NCBI GenBank assembly: GCA_964016885.1
Contig: OZ024763.1
Coordinates: forward strand, 29,512,001-29,576,000
Length of the DNA: 64,000 bases
From: Eledone cirrhosa
Lineage: Eukaryota
Reading direction: 5' to 3'
The translations under genes and the position numbers were made by a program. This document shows positions 15,938-28,483 of this stretch, in pieces. The notes under the pieces were generated by a model. The model had not been told where the DNA came from and did not search any database. It saw nothing but the letters and a program-made list of their open reading frames with translations. Position 1 is the stretch's first letter; every line of letters starts with the position of its first letter.

Positions 15938-16277
15938 ATAGTAGTTATATTTACTGTTATTGTTGTAGTTTAGAGTGTTTTTATTGTAACTGTTTACTCT
16001 GTTTCAGTTCTACTTATAGTTGTTATTATTGCTGTTGTTGTTGTTGCAGTTTATAGAGTTTTTTTTGTTGTTACAGTTTAGTTAGTTTCAGTTATACTTA
16101 TAGTTGTTGTTGTTTTTACTGTTGTTGTTGTTGTGAAAGTTTTTGTTGTTGTAGTTCACAGATTTTTGTTGTTGTTACTGTTCCGGTTTTTTCTTTCTCT
16201 TTTACTTATTATAGTTGTTCTTTTTACTGTTGCTGTTTATTATTGCTGTTGTTGTTGTTGTTGTTGTTGTAGCTTAC

Positions 16278-16337
16278 TGAGCTTCAAATATCACGCCGAC
16301 GTGCCTTATCTCAACGACCGACTGTCGAGTATGTAGA
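16278..16337 (-). CDS. Candidate small exon, unidentified; strand ambiguous
   Basis: Minus: TATAG acceptor, LHTRQSVVEIRHVGVIFEA, GTAAGC donor. Plus alternative 16273-16328: TGTAG acceptor, LLSFKYHADVPYLNDRLS, GTATGT donor. Confidence 0.2.
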
Positions 16338-16650
16338 CTATATACACGGCGTTCATTAAACACAACCAATTAACATTTTAAGTCATTAACGATTATTAGC
16401 TAAGTTTCATTAGCGTCTCGGTTATCAACCCTATCAGGTCGCAGTAGGACATCGAAAAACTGGATGACCCTTCCTTATCTAAAAACACTGGCTTCTGATG
16501 TAAAGACCACACGTACATGTACACGCATAAACAAATATATAAGTATCTATCTTTATTTGTATCTATCTATCTACATATCTATATATCTCTCTCTATATAT
16601 ATTTATTTATCTGTCTCTGTGTTTGTCTATCTATCTTTATATATATATAC

Positions 16651-16703
<53 letters not shown>

Positions 16704-16759
16704 ATTTTAGAGAGGGGGGAAGGGGACAATTGTCTGGCTATTATTTCATACAGGTATTA

Positions 16760-16808
<49 letters not shown>

Positions 16809-16894
16809 CATAATAGAGATATTAATGAGAGTAAATTTTATTCATTTACTTGGTGTATTTTATCTCAATGCAAGGATAGGATTATGCAGAGCTG

Positions 16895-16980
<86 letters not shown>

Positions 16981-16982
<2 letters not shown>

Positions 16983-17025
16983 AATGGCTTCTACAGGACT
17001 AGAACTGTTTCATTCGGGAGAAATG
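16981..17025 (-). mobile_element. Fragment of HHR family H2 (3' half of the ribozyme)
   Basis: Reverse complement ATTTC-TCCC-GAAT-GAAACAG-TTCTAGTC-CTGTA-GAAGCCATTTC matches 32394-32435 and 46171-46225. Confidence 0.65.
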
Positions 17026-17227
17026 TATATATATATACATTTGATACCAACAACCAACAACTTAATTTATAAAATAATTTTTTTTAAGAAGAATTCTTTT
17101 TGGATTTTGTGAAGAAAATAAATTTGTTGAAAGCACAAGTGAAGCCATTTTTTCTTCCCCCCTGTCTTAAATATACCTAACTGTACCAAGGATTACACAC
17201 ATTTTCCAATATATATATATATATATA

Positions 17228-17430
17228 GTATGTTAGGGAATTGGATTCGCAATCGTGTGGCTGTGAGTTCGATGCCCGGACCGGATGATGCGTTATGTCC
17301 TTCAGCAGACACTTTATTTCGCGTTGCTTCTTCTACCTGGAGTTCAGACCGCTAGATAGCATTAGCAACTGGAAAGACCAATGGAAGCATTGTTTCATCG
17401 GTCCGATTTGACAGTCGATGGAATGTCGAT
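17228..17430 (+). mobile_element. tRNA-derived CORE-type SINE, family B
   Basis: GAGTTCGATGCC B box; GTCCTTCAGCAGACACTTTATTTCGCGTTGCT CORE-like block; tail GGAAAGACCAATGGAAGC. Confidence 0.75.
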
Positions 17431-17642
17431 ATATATATATATATATATATAATGTAGGGGTGTAGTTTTAATGTATGTTGTGGTATAAAGGTATATGTGT
17501 ATATATAATGTGGAAAAGAAGTTGAAAATGTACTTTGCGTCTTTAAGAATATTTACGTACAACTACTTATAACTTAACCGGTTTCACAAGTTTCATGATT
17601 ATCAAAAGTTAATAGAGATGGATAGATGCTTGTATATATATA

Positions 17643-17864
17643 TTCTAGTCGATCGACTTTCGTCAAATCGGACCGAGGAAACTATGTTTCCGTTGGTCTT
17701 TCCAATTGCTAATACTATCTATCGGTCGCAACTCCAGGTAGAAGGAGCAACGTGAAATAAAGTGTCTTGCTCAAGGACATAACGCATCGCCTGGTTCAGG
17801 AATCGAACTCACAACCTCACGATTGTGAATCCAATACTCTAACCACTCAGCCACACGCCTTCAC
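17643..17864 (-). mobile_element. tRNA-derived CORE-type SINE, family B, full length
   Basis: Reverse complement has TGGCTGAGTGG A box, GAGTTCGATTCC B box, GTCCTTGAGCAAGACACTTTATTTCACGTTGCTCC CORE-like block and a hairpin tail. Confidence 0.85.
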
Positions 17865-17939
17865 TATATATATATATATATATATAGATATATATATATA
17901 TATATATATAGATATATATAGATATATATAGATATATAT

Positions 17940-18142
<203 letters not shown>

Positions 18143-18398
18143 TTAAAATAACAGATTAAAGTTTAAGCAAATAATCGCTACTTTCACCCCTACCGGGATG
18201 TACAGAAACTAAAAAAAATCAATCAGTAAACGCAGAAGTAAATATTTCGAAATACTTTGCAACCGAAGGAAAACAGGAAGACGATACTTGCTCTAGGGTT
18301 GTTATATATTTGATATATATTTATCCTATTCGAGCCCCCTTTGGATTTTGGTCTTCACATTTATTATTTTTACTATATCTCTATATACACACACACAT

Positions 18399-18540
18399 GG
18401 CTCGTAAGACCCCTTATAATGGTAATGGAAAAATTGTAAGGGGTCTGACGAGCCGCGGATTACAGAGTCGGGCTAAATCGATACAGATCGAACCTTGAGC
18501 TGATCAGTTGCGAAACGCGCCCACCAACCAATAAACGTAA
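18399..18540 (+). mobile_element. Fold-back element with degenerate HHR and AATAAA (pLTR-like)
   Basis: 22-bp inverted repeat 18399-18420/18433-18454; CTGACGA 18445-51; long imperfect stem II; GAAACGCGCC 18512-21 (canonical GAAACGCGTC); AATAAA 18530-35. Confidence 0.5.
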
Positions 18541-18578
18541 TGAAGCAGTAATCAATCGTCCTTGTTATTTTATTTCAC

Positions 18579-18609
<31 letters not shown>

Positions 18610-18853
18610 ATATAGTGTGGTTCATTGGTTTTGTTTATATAGTTTCTCTAAATTATCTCCCCTTGTTATTTTTTCATTTGTCTTAATTGAAGCCTTGATC
18701 AAGACTGAGAGCTTAAGTAAACACTTCTGTTCGTGGACAAAAGACAGCGATAGATTTTGTTGTTTTTGTTGTTGTTGATTTAGTTCCTGTTGATGTTGAT
18801 GTTGCTGTTGTTGTTGTTGACTGATTTTTGTTGTTTCTCTTGTTCTCCTACAC

Positions 18854-19027
18854 TTTCTTCTTCTTCTTCTTCTTCTTCTTCTTCTTCTTCTTCTTCTTCT
18901 TCTTCTTCTTCTTCATCTTCTTTTTCCTCTCTATCTTCTTCTTCTTTTTCTTCTTTTTCTTCTTTTTCTTCTTTTTCTTCTTCTTCTTCTTCTTCTTCTT
19001 TTTCTTCTTCTTCTTCTTCTTTTTCTT

Positions 19028-19058
<31 letters not shown>

Positions 19059-19109
19059 ATCTTCTTTTTCCTCTATCTTCTTCTCCTTCTTTTTCTTCTT
19101 CTTCTTCTT

Positions 19110-19140
<31 letters not shown>

Positions 19141-19293
19141 ATCTTCTTTTTCCTCTATCTTCTTCTCCTTCTTTTTCTTCTTCTTCTTCTTCTTCTTCTT
19201 CTTCTTCTTCTTCTTCTTCTTCTTCTTCTTCTCTTTCTTCTTCTTCTTCTTCTTCTTCTTCTTGCTCTTCTTCTTCTTCTTCTTCTTCTTCTT

Positions 19294-19371
<78 letters not shown>

Positions 19372-19640
19372 CATCTTCTTGATATTCATTTAAGATTAAC
19401 ATGTTCTTATTGCCGCCTTTTTCTGTAACTATTGTTGTTCTTCTTGTTGTTGCTGTCGTCGTTATTATTCATGTTGCTGTTGTTGTTACTGTTGTTGTTA
19501 TATTTGTTGTTGTTGTTGTCGTTGTTGTTGCTGTTGTTACAGTTGTTGTTGTCGTTATTGTTGTTGTTGTCGTTGTTGTTGCTGTTGTTGCTGTTGCTGT
19601 TATTGTTGTTGTCCTTGTTCTTGCTGTAGTTGTTGAGCTA
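18854..19640. repeat. (CTT)n, (TTA)n and (GTT)n microsatellites
   Basis: Seen directly. Confidence 0.95.
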
Positions 19641-20954
19641 GCTGTGTTTTTTTCTTTTTCTTTTACACTCTTTTAGTCTTTCAAAACTTTACTGGTTTCA
19701 GTTATTAGCCTGCGGCCAGGCTGGGGCACCGGCTTGTTCATAGAACACTAGTGTTGTTTGTGGTGTATGTTTGTGTTCTGGACGTTTGTGCGTTTGTGGT
19801 TGTAGTGCTAGTGGCTGTGGTTCTGGTCATGTTTGGTGTTCTGTGATGATGATGATGATGATGATGGTGTTGATTTTGATGCTGATGATGATGATGATGG
19901 ATGTAGTGATTGTGATGTGTGTAGTGTTGTCAAGGTTTATGACATGGCTGCCTTAGTAAATGAAATATATTGTCAGAGAGTGAGAAGGAGAAAATGGGGG
20001 ATATGGGATAGTAAGATGGAGAGAGAGAAAAGGAAAGATAGAAAGAGAGCGAGATAGATAGAGAAATAGAGCTTGTGTGAAAGGGATAGAGAAAGGGTTC
20101 GCGTGAAAGAGCAAGATATATATATAGAGAGAGAGAGTGAGAGAGATAGGGAGAGAGAGAGAGAGCCAGAGAGAGAGAGAGATAATGTGAAAAGAGAGAG
20201 AGAAAGATAGATAGAGAAAGATATATATAGAGAGAGAGATAGAGAGAGAAGGAGAGATAAAGAAACAATGACTGTGATTTGTGCAGCTTCAGTTTCATTT
20301 GTGTAAAAAAATATAAAAAAATAATAAAATTAAAGAAAAATCAAAATAGAATCCTACTTTATTTCTCCAATGTTCCGTAATGTGGATTCCTCACGCAAAT
20401 GGTTGGACATCTTTTAATTCTAAATAAACATTGATATAATGTGGCATTTTTTTTTTCGTGTGTGTATGTGTATGTGTTCATGTGTGTGTGTATGTGACCT
20501 TGTTGTTCTTTTCGTCTTTGCAAAATAATAACAGTACAAAAAAAAAATAATAATAATGAAAAAAAAATAAACGGCAAATTTTAAAACAAGCAAACATCCA
20601 CACATACAAACCATCACAAAGCGGGAAATGAGAAAACTGACTCTCGTTTCATGCATTGAGTATTTATATTTATAAATGTTTGTTTATTTTAAATTATATT
20701 TCCTCTTCACGACGAATTTCTAAATGTTATTGTTTGTGATTATCAATGTTGTGAAACGATCACCGAGGCTGTTAGTGAAAGGTGAGGGCGGAGTGGTGGC
20801 ATGGGAGTGAGCGATGATTTGCTATGATTTGCAATGATTTACCTGAGGAGGGAATAGTTAGCTATGTAATCATGAGCGTCCCCGGGTTCGTTCCCACTGC
20901 TTAGCATCTCGTTAAAAATTAAGCTCTATTCTAAGTCGAAGATCGTTCATAAGG

Positions 20955-21650
20955 TCAGTGCTTATCCATGGTTTTCTTGGCGTTAAGCGACTCGATCTAG
21001 AAAACAAGACTTCTCCACTAGACAGGGCGCTGGTCTATGAGCAAGCCCGTACTTATTCCTTGTTTTCATGGCGTTAAGCGACTGAGAGTATAAGACTTCA
21101 TTCTGGACAGGACGCTGGTCTCTCACAGGTTTAACTTCTTAGCTAAGTGTATCGGAGAAGGGCGTTTCTTATCCTTGGTTTTCATGGCGCTAAGCGACTC
21201 GAGTGAACTAACAAGACTTTTTCCTGGACAGGACAAAGGTCTATCGTAGGTTTAACTTCCCAGTTACTGCTGGTGCTCTTTCTCAGCTAAGTGTACTGGA
21301 TTAGGCGACTGCTTATCCCTGGTTTCCATGGCGCTAAGCGACTGAGAGTATAAGACTTCCTTCTGGACAGAACGCTGGTCACTCACAGGTTTAACTTCCC
21401 ATCGAAGTGTATTAGAGAATGCCGGTTCTCATCCCTAGTTTCCATGGCAGTAAGCGACTCGACTGAACGAACAAGGCTATTCCCTGGACAGAACGATGGT
21501 CTGTCGCAGGTTTAACTCGGCGGATACTACTGGTACTCACCCTCAACTAAGTATACTAGAGTAGGCCGCTGTTTATCCCTGGTCTGCATGGTGCTAAATG
21601 ACGGAGAGGATAAGACTTCCTTCTGGACAGGACGTCGATCTATCGCAAGA
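20955..21650 (-). repeat. Tandem array of a SINE-like 3' tail, six units of two alternating types
   Basis: Repeated TTATCCCTGGTTTCCATGGCGCTAAGCGACT...AAGACTT...CTGGACAGGACGCTGGTC at about 20963, 21053, 21169, 21313, 21429, 21573. Confidence 0.8.
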
Positions 21651-21652
21651 AT

Positions 21653-21782
21653 TTAGCTTTGCCTTTCATCCTTACGAGGTCGATAAAATAAAGTACCAGC
21701 AATGCACTAGGGTCGATTTAATCGACTTTCCTTCTCCCCAAAATTGTTGGACTTGTGCCTATAGTAGAAATGATTGTTATTA
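21653..21782 (+). mobile_element. SINE family A 3' portion (long variant)
   Basis: GCCTTTCATCCTTACGAGGTCGATAAAATAAAGTACCAG...CTTGTGCCTATAGTAGAAA. Confidence 0.75.
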
Positions 21783-22032
21783 TTCTGTTTATAAATGTTT
21801 TGAAACCATTACAGATTGGTTAGTGAAGGAAATAAATGGTGGTGCACTGCATAGATTGGTGAGGTAAATGTGTGTGGGAATAGATTTTGTTATTGTTGGT
21901 TAGTTGTTGTTATGATTCACATCAGCGCAGGTTTAGCTGGCCTCCCACGAGGTTACATCTTGTGTTGTTCTTTTTCGTCATCATCGTTGTCGTCGGGTTG
22001 TTGTTGTTGTTGTTGCTTTTGTTTGTTTCTTC

Positions 22033-22178
22033 TTTTTATTTTTATTTTTATTTTTATTTTTATTTTTATTTTTATTTTTATTTTTATTTTTATTTTTATT
22101 TTTATTTTTATTTTTATTTTTATTTTTATTTTTATTTTTATTTTTATTTTTATTTTTATTTTTATTTTTATTTTTATT
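22033..22178. repeat. (TTTTTA)n hexanucleotide microsatellite
   Basis: Seen directly. Confidence 0.95.
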
Positions 22179-22569
22179 CTTCTTCGTTTCAATGATAGAG
22201 CTCCCTCGGCCAGTCCTATCACATATCATTATCATCATTATTCCTCCAACCCCTCTGTTGGCAGGAGCCACTATATAAACTCGGGTGGGGGCTGAGGGTA
22301 CAGAGCTTGGAACGTATACACCCGCGTGGGATTTAAACGAAGGACGTAATGCTCTGTAACAAAATATCACCATTCACCCACCCTCGCCTGCTGTCTCACG
22401 ATTCTGCCTAGTCAATGTCCATTTCTGTTAGTCCAGTAATACTGTGTTTCCAATAATAAGCCATAGCATCAATTTTTAATTTGCTGTCCAATATAAACCC
22501 TACCCGAAAATTAAACCCTAGCGCAGAAATATTGATATAAAATAATATAAAACGTAGATTTTCAGGTTG

Positions 22570-23390
22570 TTACTGTTGACTATTATAATAAATTCTTCGC
22601 CCATTTAATCCCGAGAGGGTCGTGGGTACCAGAGTCCTGAAACACTCCTTCCAGCGAGTCCTGAAAGAAGCAACCGCCTCCAACTGATCCGGCTGGATCC
22701 CAAACTGAAACCAGCCAAGCACATGGTTGTTATCCAAAAATCTTGCTCGACGTCTACCCTGGGTCTCCTGCGAGTTGGTTTTTGCCCGTAAATTCTGTCC
22801 AGTGATTCTTTCCTGAGACATTCTAACCGCATATCCATACTATCGGGGCTGTACTTTCTCAATTTGGAGAAGTAGTGGCTCTACCTGGAGTGACTCTCTG
22901 ATCTCCAAGCTACAAATCTGTCCAGCGATTCTTTCCTCAGACATTCTAACCCCACGTATAGTATCAGAGCTGAGATCTCTCAATTCAGAGAAGTAGCAGC
23001 TCTACCTGGAGTGACTCTCTGATCTCTGAGCTACAAATCTGTCCAGCGATTCTTTCCTCAGACATTCTAACCACATGTTCATAGTATCAGAGCTGTGATC
23101 TCTCAATTTGGAGGGGAGTAGCTCCACCTGGAGAGACTCTCTGATCTCCAAGCTACAAATCTGTCCAGTAATTCTTTCCTGAGACATTCTAACCACATGT
23201 TCACAGTATCAGAGCTGTGATCTCTCAATTTGGAGGGGAGTAGCTCCACCTGGAGAGACTCTCTGATCTCCAAGCTACAAATCTGTCCAGTAATTCTTTC
23301 CTGAGACATTCTAACCACATGTTCACAGTATCAGAGCTGTGATCTCTCAATTCGGAGAAGTTTCAGCTCTACTTGGAGAGACTCTACTTC
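22570..23390 (-). mobile_element. RTE-type LINE 3' fragment with an internal ~122-bp segment tandemly amplified
   Basis: Frameshifted translation VRMSQERITGQ, KPTRRRPR, LGWFQFGIQPDQLEAVASFRTRWKE; C(T/C)AC(C/T)TGGAG recurs at 22881, 23002, 23124, 23246, 23369. Confidence 0.8.
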
Positions 23391-23868
23391 AAAAACCCTT
23401 ACGAGGAACAAATTTTAAGCTTTGATCTCAAATCCAGCCGAGCTCAACGTTGCCTTTCATCCTTCGTGTGGTGGTGATAAAATACTAACTAAACACCCGG
23501 CAGGTATTTTGTATAACTCTTTAATAACAATTATGTCAATCTAATGAAAATAATAATTATTATTTCAAATAGTATTTAATAATTTTTATTATTGTTATTT
23601 CATTTGGTGTTTATTTATGTAATTTTAAATAAACAACGCTGGACGTTTGACTGATAGGATCCTTCTTGCTATAATAATATGGTGCTGCTTCACCTTTGGC
23701 AGGTCTTTGAAAGGTTTTACAGTTCACCAGTCTAAACATGATGCCAGCTGGGAGGCCATAACTATGTTTGTTCACCTCTATCAATTTGTATGTGTCTATC
23801 TATCTATCTATCCGCTTGTCTTTCCATCTGTCTAACTTTTCCTATCTCTCTCTCTCTTTTTACACACA

Positions 23869-24016
<148 letters not shown>

Positions 24017-24120
24017 ATAAATACGAAGACCAAAATCCGGAGAGGGTTCGATAAGGATTATATATAAATATATATATATATATATATAAACATACTTACT
24101 TGTCATATATATATATATAT

Positions 24121-24320
24121 AACAAAGGAATTGTGGTAAGGAACCAGATGGACCATAGCGCACCAGAGTACTCAATACTTAGGGTAGTAGATTGGGAAAT
24201 AGAAAAAAGTATGACCCCGACGGCAGGGCTCAAGCCGTTTCGACGGCAATTTCTGGATTTGAGTCCAGAAATAGCCGTCGAAACGGCTTGAGCTCTGCCG
24301 TCGGGGTCATACTTTTTCCT
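24121..24320. mobile_element. HHR family H1 fold-back copy inside (TA)n
   Basis: Reverse complement of the H1 3' part followed by an inverted duplicate; arms 24204-24257 and 24264-24317; GAAACGGC...GCCGTCGGGGTC present on both strands. Confidence 0.75.
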
Positions 24321-24690
24321 ATATATATACATATATATATATATATATAATATATACATAGCCTCAAGAAATGATAAGACGCGTTTAGGAAGAATTTGAA
24401 GAGGGTTTGGCGTAGAATGCAGCCATATTGGTGTTTTGTACTTTTCAAGAATGTCCTACAAATGTAGTTTCATGTGACTTATTAATTCATGTTTATAGTA
24501 TCTTTACTAGCAGACAGATCATTGTAAATGTTTGTAGTATTACACGTCGTCATGCAGTCATAGTGTTGTTTTATACTTTACCTTACTTATGTGAACTCAA
24601 GTGGCTTGTTAATTCAAATGTTTTTTGTATCTTTACTAATAGACTGATAAGACTATATACAATAGAAGATAGTAACCTAAGTAAACATAC

Positions 24691-24832
24691 ATGAAAGGAC
24701 AGCCGAACTCCACTGTCATCGCCTCCATCTCTCTCGCCCTCACCATCTCTCCGTATGGTGAGCAAATGGAATCCCACGTGCTGGCCTTCCCACAGCCCCG
24801 GTGAGCTGATTGTTGTAAACGTTTACAGTAAA
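24691..24832 (-). CDS. Candidate exon, unidentified
   Basis: Unique GC-rich island; acceptor TTTCTTTTTTAG; open as YCKRLQQSAHRGCGKASTWDSICSPYGEMVRAREMEAMTVEFGCPF to a GTATGT donor, or FTVNVYNNQLTGAVGRPARGIPFAHHTER to a GTGAGG donor (exon end 24744). Confidence 0.35.
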
Positions 24833-25384
24833 CTAAAAAAGAAATATTTAATAATTAACATGATACTGTCATAGTGATGTTTTGTACTTTTGAAGAAGGT
24901 CTTACTAGCGTGATTTTATGTGGGTTTTTTTTTAATTCAAGTGTTTAAACAAAACACTTGTAGTATTTGTCTAATGACTGAAACTGTTAATATGATGCCG
25001 ACATTGTGGTGTTTTATATTTTTCCAGAATATTTTACTAATACGGTTTCATGTGGTTGAAGACGTTAATGGAGGAAGATAAGAGTAGATAAGTTTACAGT
25101 CAATTTAGACATTTTAGAATTAGAATTGAAACATTTGGAATTTAGACTTGATTTAAAATAATGGAGACCCCCACACTCATACACACACACAAACATACAC
25201 ATACACACATATACATACATACACCAGCACATATACACACACATGCACACATACAATCATGCAAATTCACAAACATACACCTACACTCAGATACATACAT
25301 ACATACATACATATACACATAAACACACGCACAAAAACAGCCATACACATACATCCACACACAAAAATACGCACGTACACATAA

Positions 25385-25468
<84 letters not shown>

Positions 25469-25849
25469 ATATATATATATATTCGTTGTCGTTTTTTGTT
25501 CTTTTTTTGCATACACATACATAAAGAAACACATACATGCAGAAACACACACACACACACACACGTACACACACACAGACACACATATATATATATTGTT
25601 GTTGTTGTTGTTGTTGGTCTTTTGTCTTTGTCATTATTCGCTCTTCTGTCAAACTACAACTGAGAGTACATTAATTTGGACAAATTCATTTGAGAAATTA
25701 AAACTAAGAGACTGGGGGGGGGGGGTGATGTTGGTGTTGTTGTTGTTGTTGTGGTGGTGGTGTTTAGGAGGTGGTAGCTGTTGTGTTGTTGGAAGTGATG
25801 ATAGTAGTTGTAGTGATTGTGGTGATAGTAGTTTTTTTTTTTTTGTTTT

Positions 25850-25881
<32 letters not shown>

Positions 25882-26207
25882 GGTGGTGGTGTGTTTGGTG
25901 ATAGTGAGCTTGGTAGTGTTGCTGGTCTTGGCATTTTTTCTTTTAGTTGTTTTATAGTGGCGTCGATGCTGGTAACATTAGTAGAGTGTTAGTGTTAGTG
26001 TTGTTATTGTTATTCTTGTTGGTGGTGGTGTTGGTGGTAGTGATGATGGTAGTTGTATTAGTGACGGGGGGCCGGGGGCGGTGATGTCGATGCTGCTCAC
26101 ATCGAGGAAAATTGAAGAATGGAAGAGTGATGAGAATAGGTGCGGTGGAGGGATGGTATCAGGGTGGAGAGAGAGAGATGATAAAATATATGTTTTTAAC
26201 TAATTAC

Positions 26208-26345
26208 AAGTTCATTTATTTCTCTCGTTGGCTGCCTGATCGTCTGTCTGACATCATGGCTGCCCTTCTGTCGTTTTGTACATCGTCTGTCCACCTGATA
26301 TTTTTGTAAGAGTGGACGTGTGTTGCGTTGGTGTTCGCTAGTTGG
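26208..26345 (-). CDS. Candidate exon, unidentified
   Basis: Pyrimidine-rich upstream, CTTCTCTAG acceptor, 138 nt open (PTSEHQRNTRPLLQKYQVDRRCTKRQKGSHDVRQTIRQPTREINEL), GTAATT donor. Confidence 0.3.
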
Positions 26346-26423
26346 CTAGAGAAGACATCTTAGCAACAGACAATACAAAAAGAGAACAAATAAATATAAA
26401 ATAATATAAAATAATATAACATA

Positions 26424-26471
<48 letters not shown>

Positions 26472-26498
26472 TTTGCAAGGTTTTTGAATATATATCTA

Positions 26499-26533
<35 letters not shown>

Positions 26534-26551
26534 TAACATGAATAAATAAAA

Positions 26552-26601
<50 letters not shown>

Positions 26602-26652
26602 TGACATGAATAAATAAAAATATATATAAATATATAATATAGCATAAATAAA

Positions 26653-26705
<53 letters not shown>

Positions 26706-27224
26706 ATATAAAGTAATATAGATAAAATACATATATATAAATAAATAAAATATACATATATATAAATAAATGTAATAAAAAAATACATATATATAAATAT
26801 ATAATATAGTATATATGAATAAAATATATATATAAAATATATAAATAAAATATATATAATATAGTATAAACGTTTGTATTTGTAAAGCCAAATATATTAT
26901 AGTATATATAAATAAAATAAATAAAATGTAAAATAAAATATATATATAAATATATACTATAAGACAAAATAAAGTAATTTATTTTCAATAAACAAAAAAA
27001 ATAATATAAATAAAATGTAGAAATAAAATATATAAATATATATATAAATAAAAAGAAAAAAATGTTTAAAAAAATGTTCTCATAAAACAATGAAAAGGAA
27101 GTATAATAAATAAAATTAGACAAATTATAAAATACTTTAAAATGAGGTGATTTAATTAGATTGAAACAGAGACAAGAAAATGAAATTGTTTGTTTGTTTC
27201 ATTTATTATCTTCATTAGCATCCT

Positions 27225-28009
27225 CCTCATCAGCAGCAGCAGCATCATCACCGTCATCATTATCGTCGTCATGATGGTCATTATTATTATTGTTGTTATT
27301 ATTACCTTCTCCACCATCATCTTCATCATCATCACCATTATCATCAAAATCACCATTATCATCATCATTATCATCATCATCAAAATCACCATTATCATCA
27401 TCATCACCATCATCATCAAAATCACCATTATCATCATCATTATCATCATCATCAAAATCACCATTATCATTATCATCATCATCAAAATCACCATTATCAT
27501 CATCATCACCATCATCATCAAATACACCATTATCATCATCATTATCATCATCATCAAAATCACCATTATCATCATCATTATCTTCATCATAACCATCATC
27601 ATCACCATCACTATCACCGTAATTATCATCATCATCGTCGTCATCATCATCATCGCCTTCACCACCACCCTCACCATCTTCACAATCATCATCATCGCTA
27701 TCTTCACCATCTTCACCATCTTCACCATCATCATCAAAATAGTCATCATCATCATCATCATCATCACCATCACCATCATCATCATCATCACCAACACCAT
27801 GACCATGACCATGACCATCATAATCATAATCACCATCATCATTATTATTTATTTTATCATTATCATCATCACCACCATCATCATGATCATCATTTTTATT
27901 CTTATCACTATTATTATTATTATTATTATCATTATTATTATAACCATCATTTGTTAAGTGTGCGTGGTTCTATTTATTTATTTATTCCTATTATTATTAT
28001 TATTATTAC

Positions 28010-28054
<45 letters not shown>

Positions 28055-28055
28055 A
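27225..28055. repeat. (CAT)n-based minisatellite with AAAATCACCATTATC units, then (ATT)n and (TAG)n
   Basis: Seen directly. Confidence 0.9.
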
Positions 28056-28159
28056 GTTTTAGTCCTCATCAGTCACTTTGTAACATTTCGGTTGGAAATA
28101 ATTAAAACGTAAAAAAATATATATAAAATAAATAAAATTAAAACTATAATAAACAAAAA

Positions 28160-28230
<71 letters not shown>

Positions 28231-28450
28231 ATGTAAAATATATTCAAAAATTCTAAAAATCTAAAACAACAAAAGTAAAAAGCTATTGTCCAACTTTTGA
28301 TTTTAAAAACTGAAAATAAATTTAAGTAGTAAAGAAATAATAAAAATAATAAGAATGTCACACGAAACAAATGAGACTAGTATCACATTTAGTGTAATGA
28401 TATATATAATAGAGTGAAATAAAACCACGAGAGATTGCGAGTGATGTGTA

Positions 28451-28483
<33 letters not shown>

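Noticed and set aside
17780-17864. tRNA gene
   Set aside because: A and B boxes are present but run into a CORE-like block and tail without a proper acceptor stem; it is a SINE head.
22268-22310. TATATAAA box followed by GC-rich sequence as a promoter
   Set aside because: The motif is very common in this TA-rich sequence and there is no downstream gene evidence.
23615-23790. Minus-strand open stretch VNKHSYGLPAGIMFRLVNCK...
   Set aside because: No convincing acceptor or start and no recognisable domain.
28060-28095. Minus-strand GAAA ... CTGATGAGG as a type II hammerhead
   Set aside because: Only 2 bp of stem II and no credible stem I or III.
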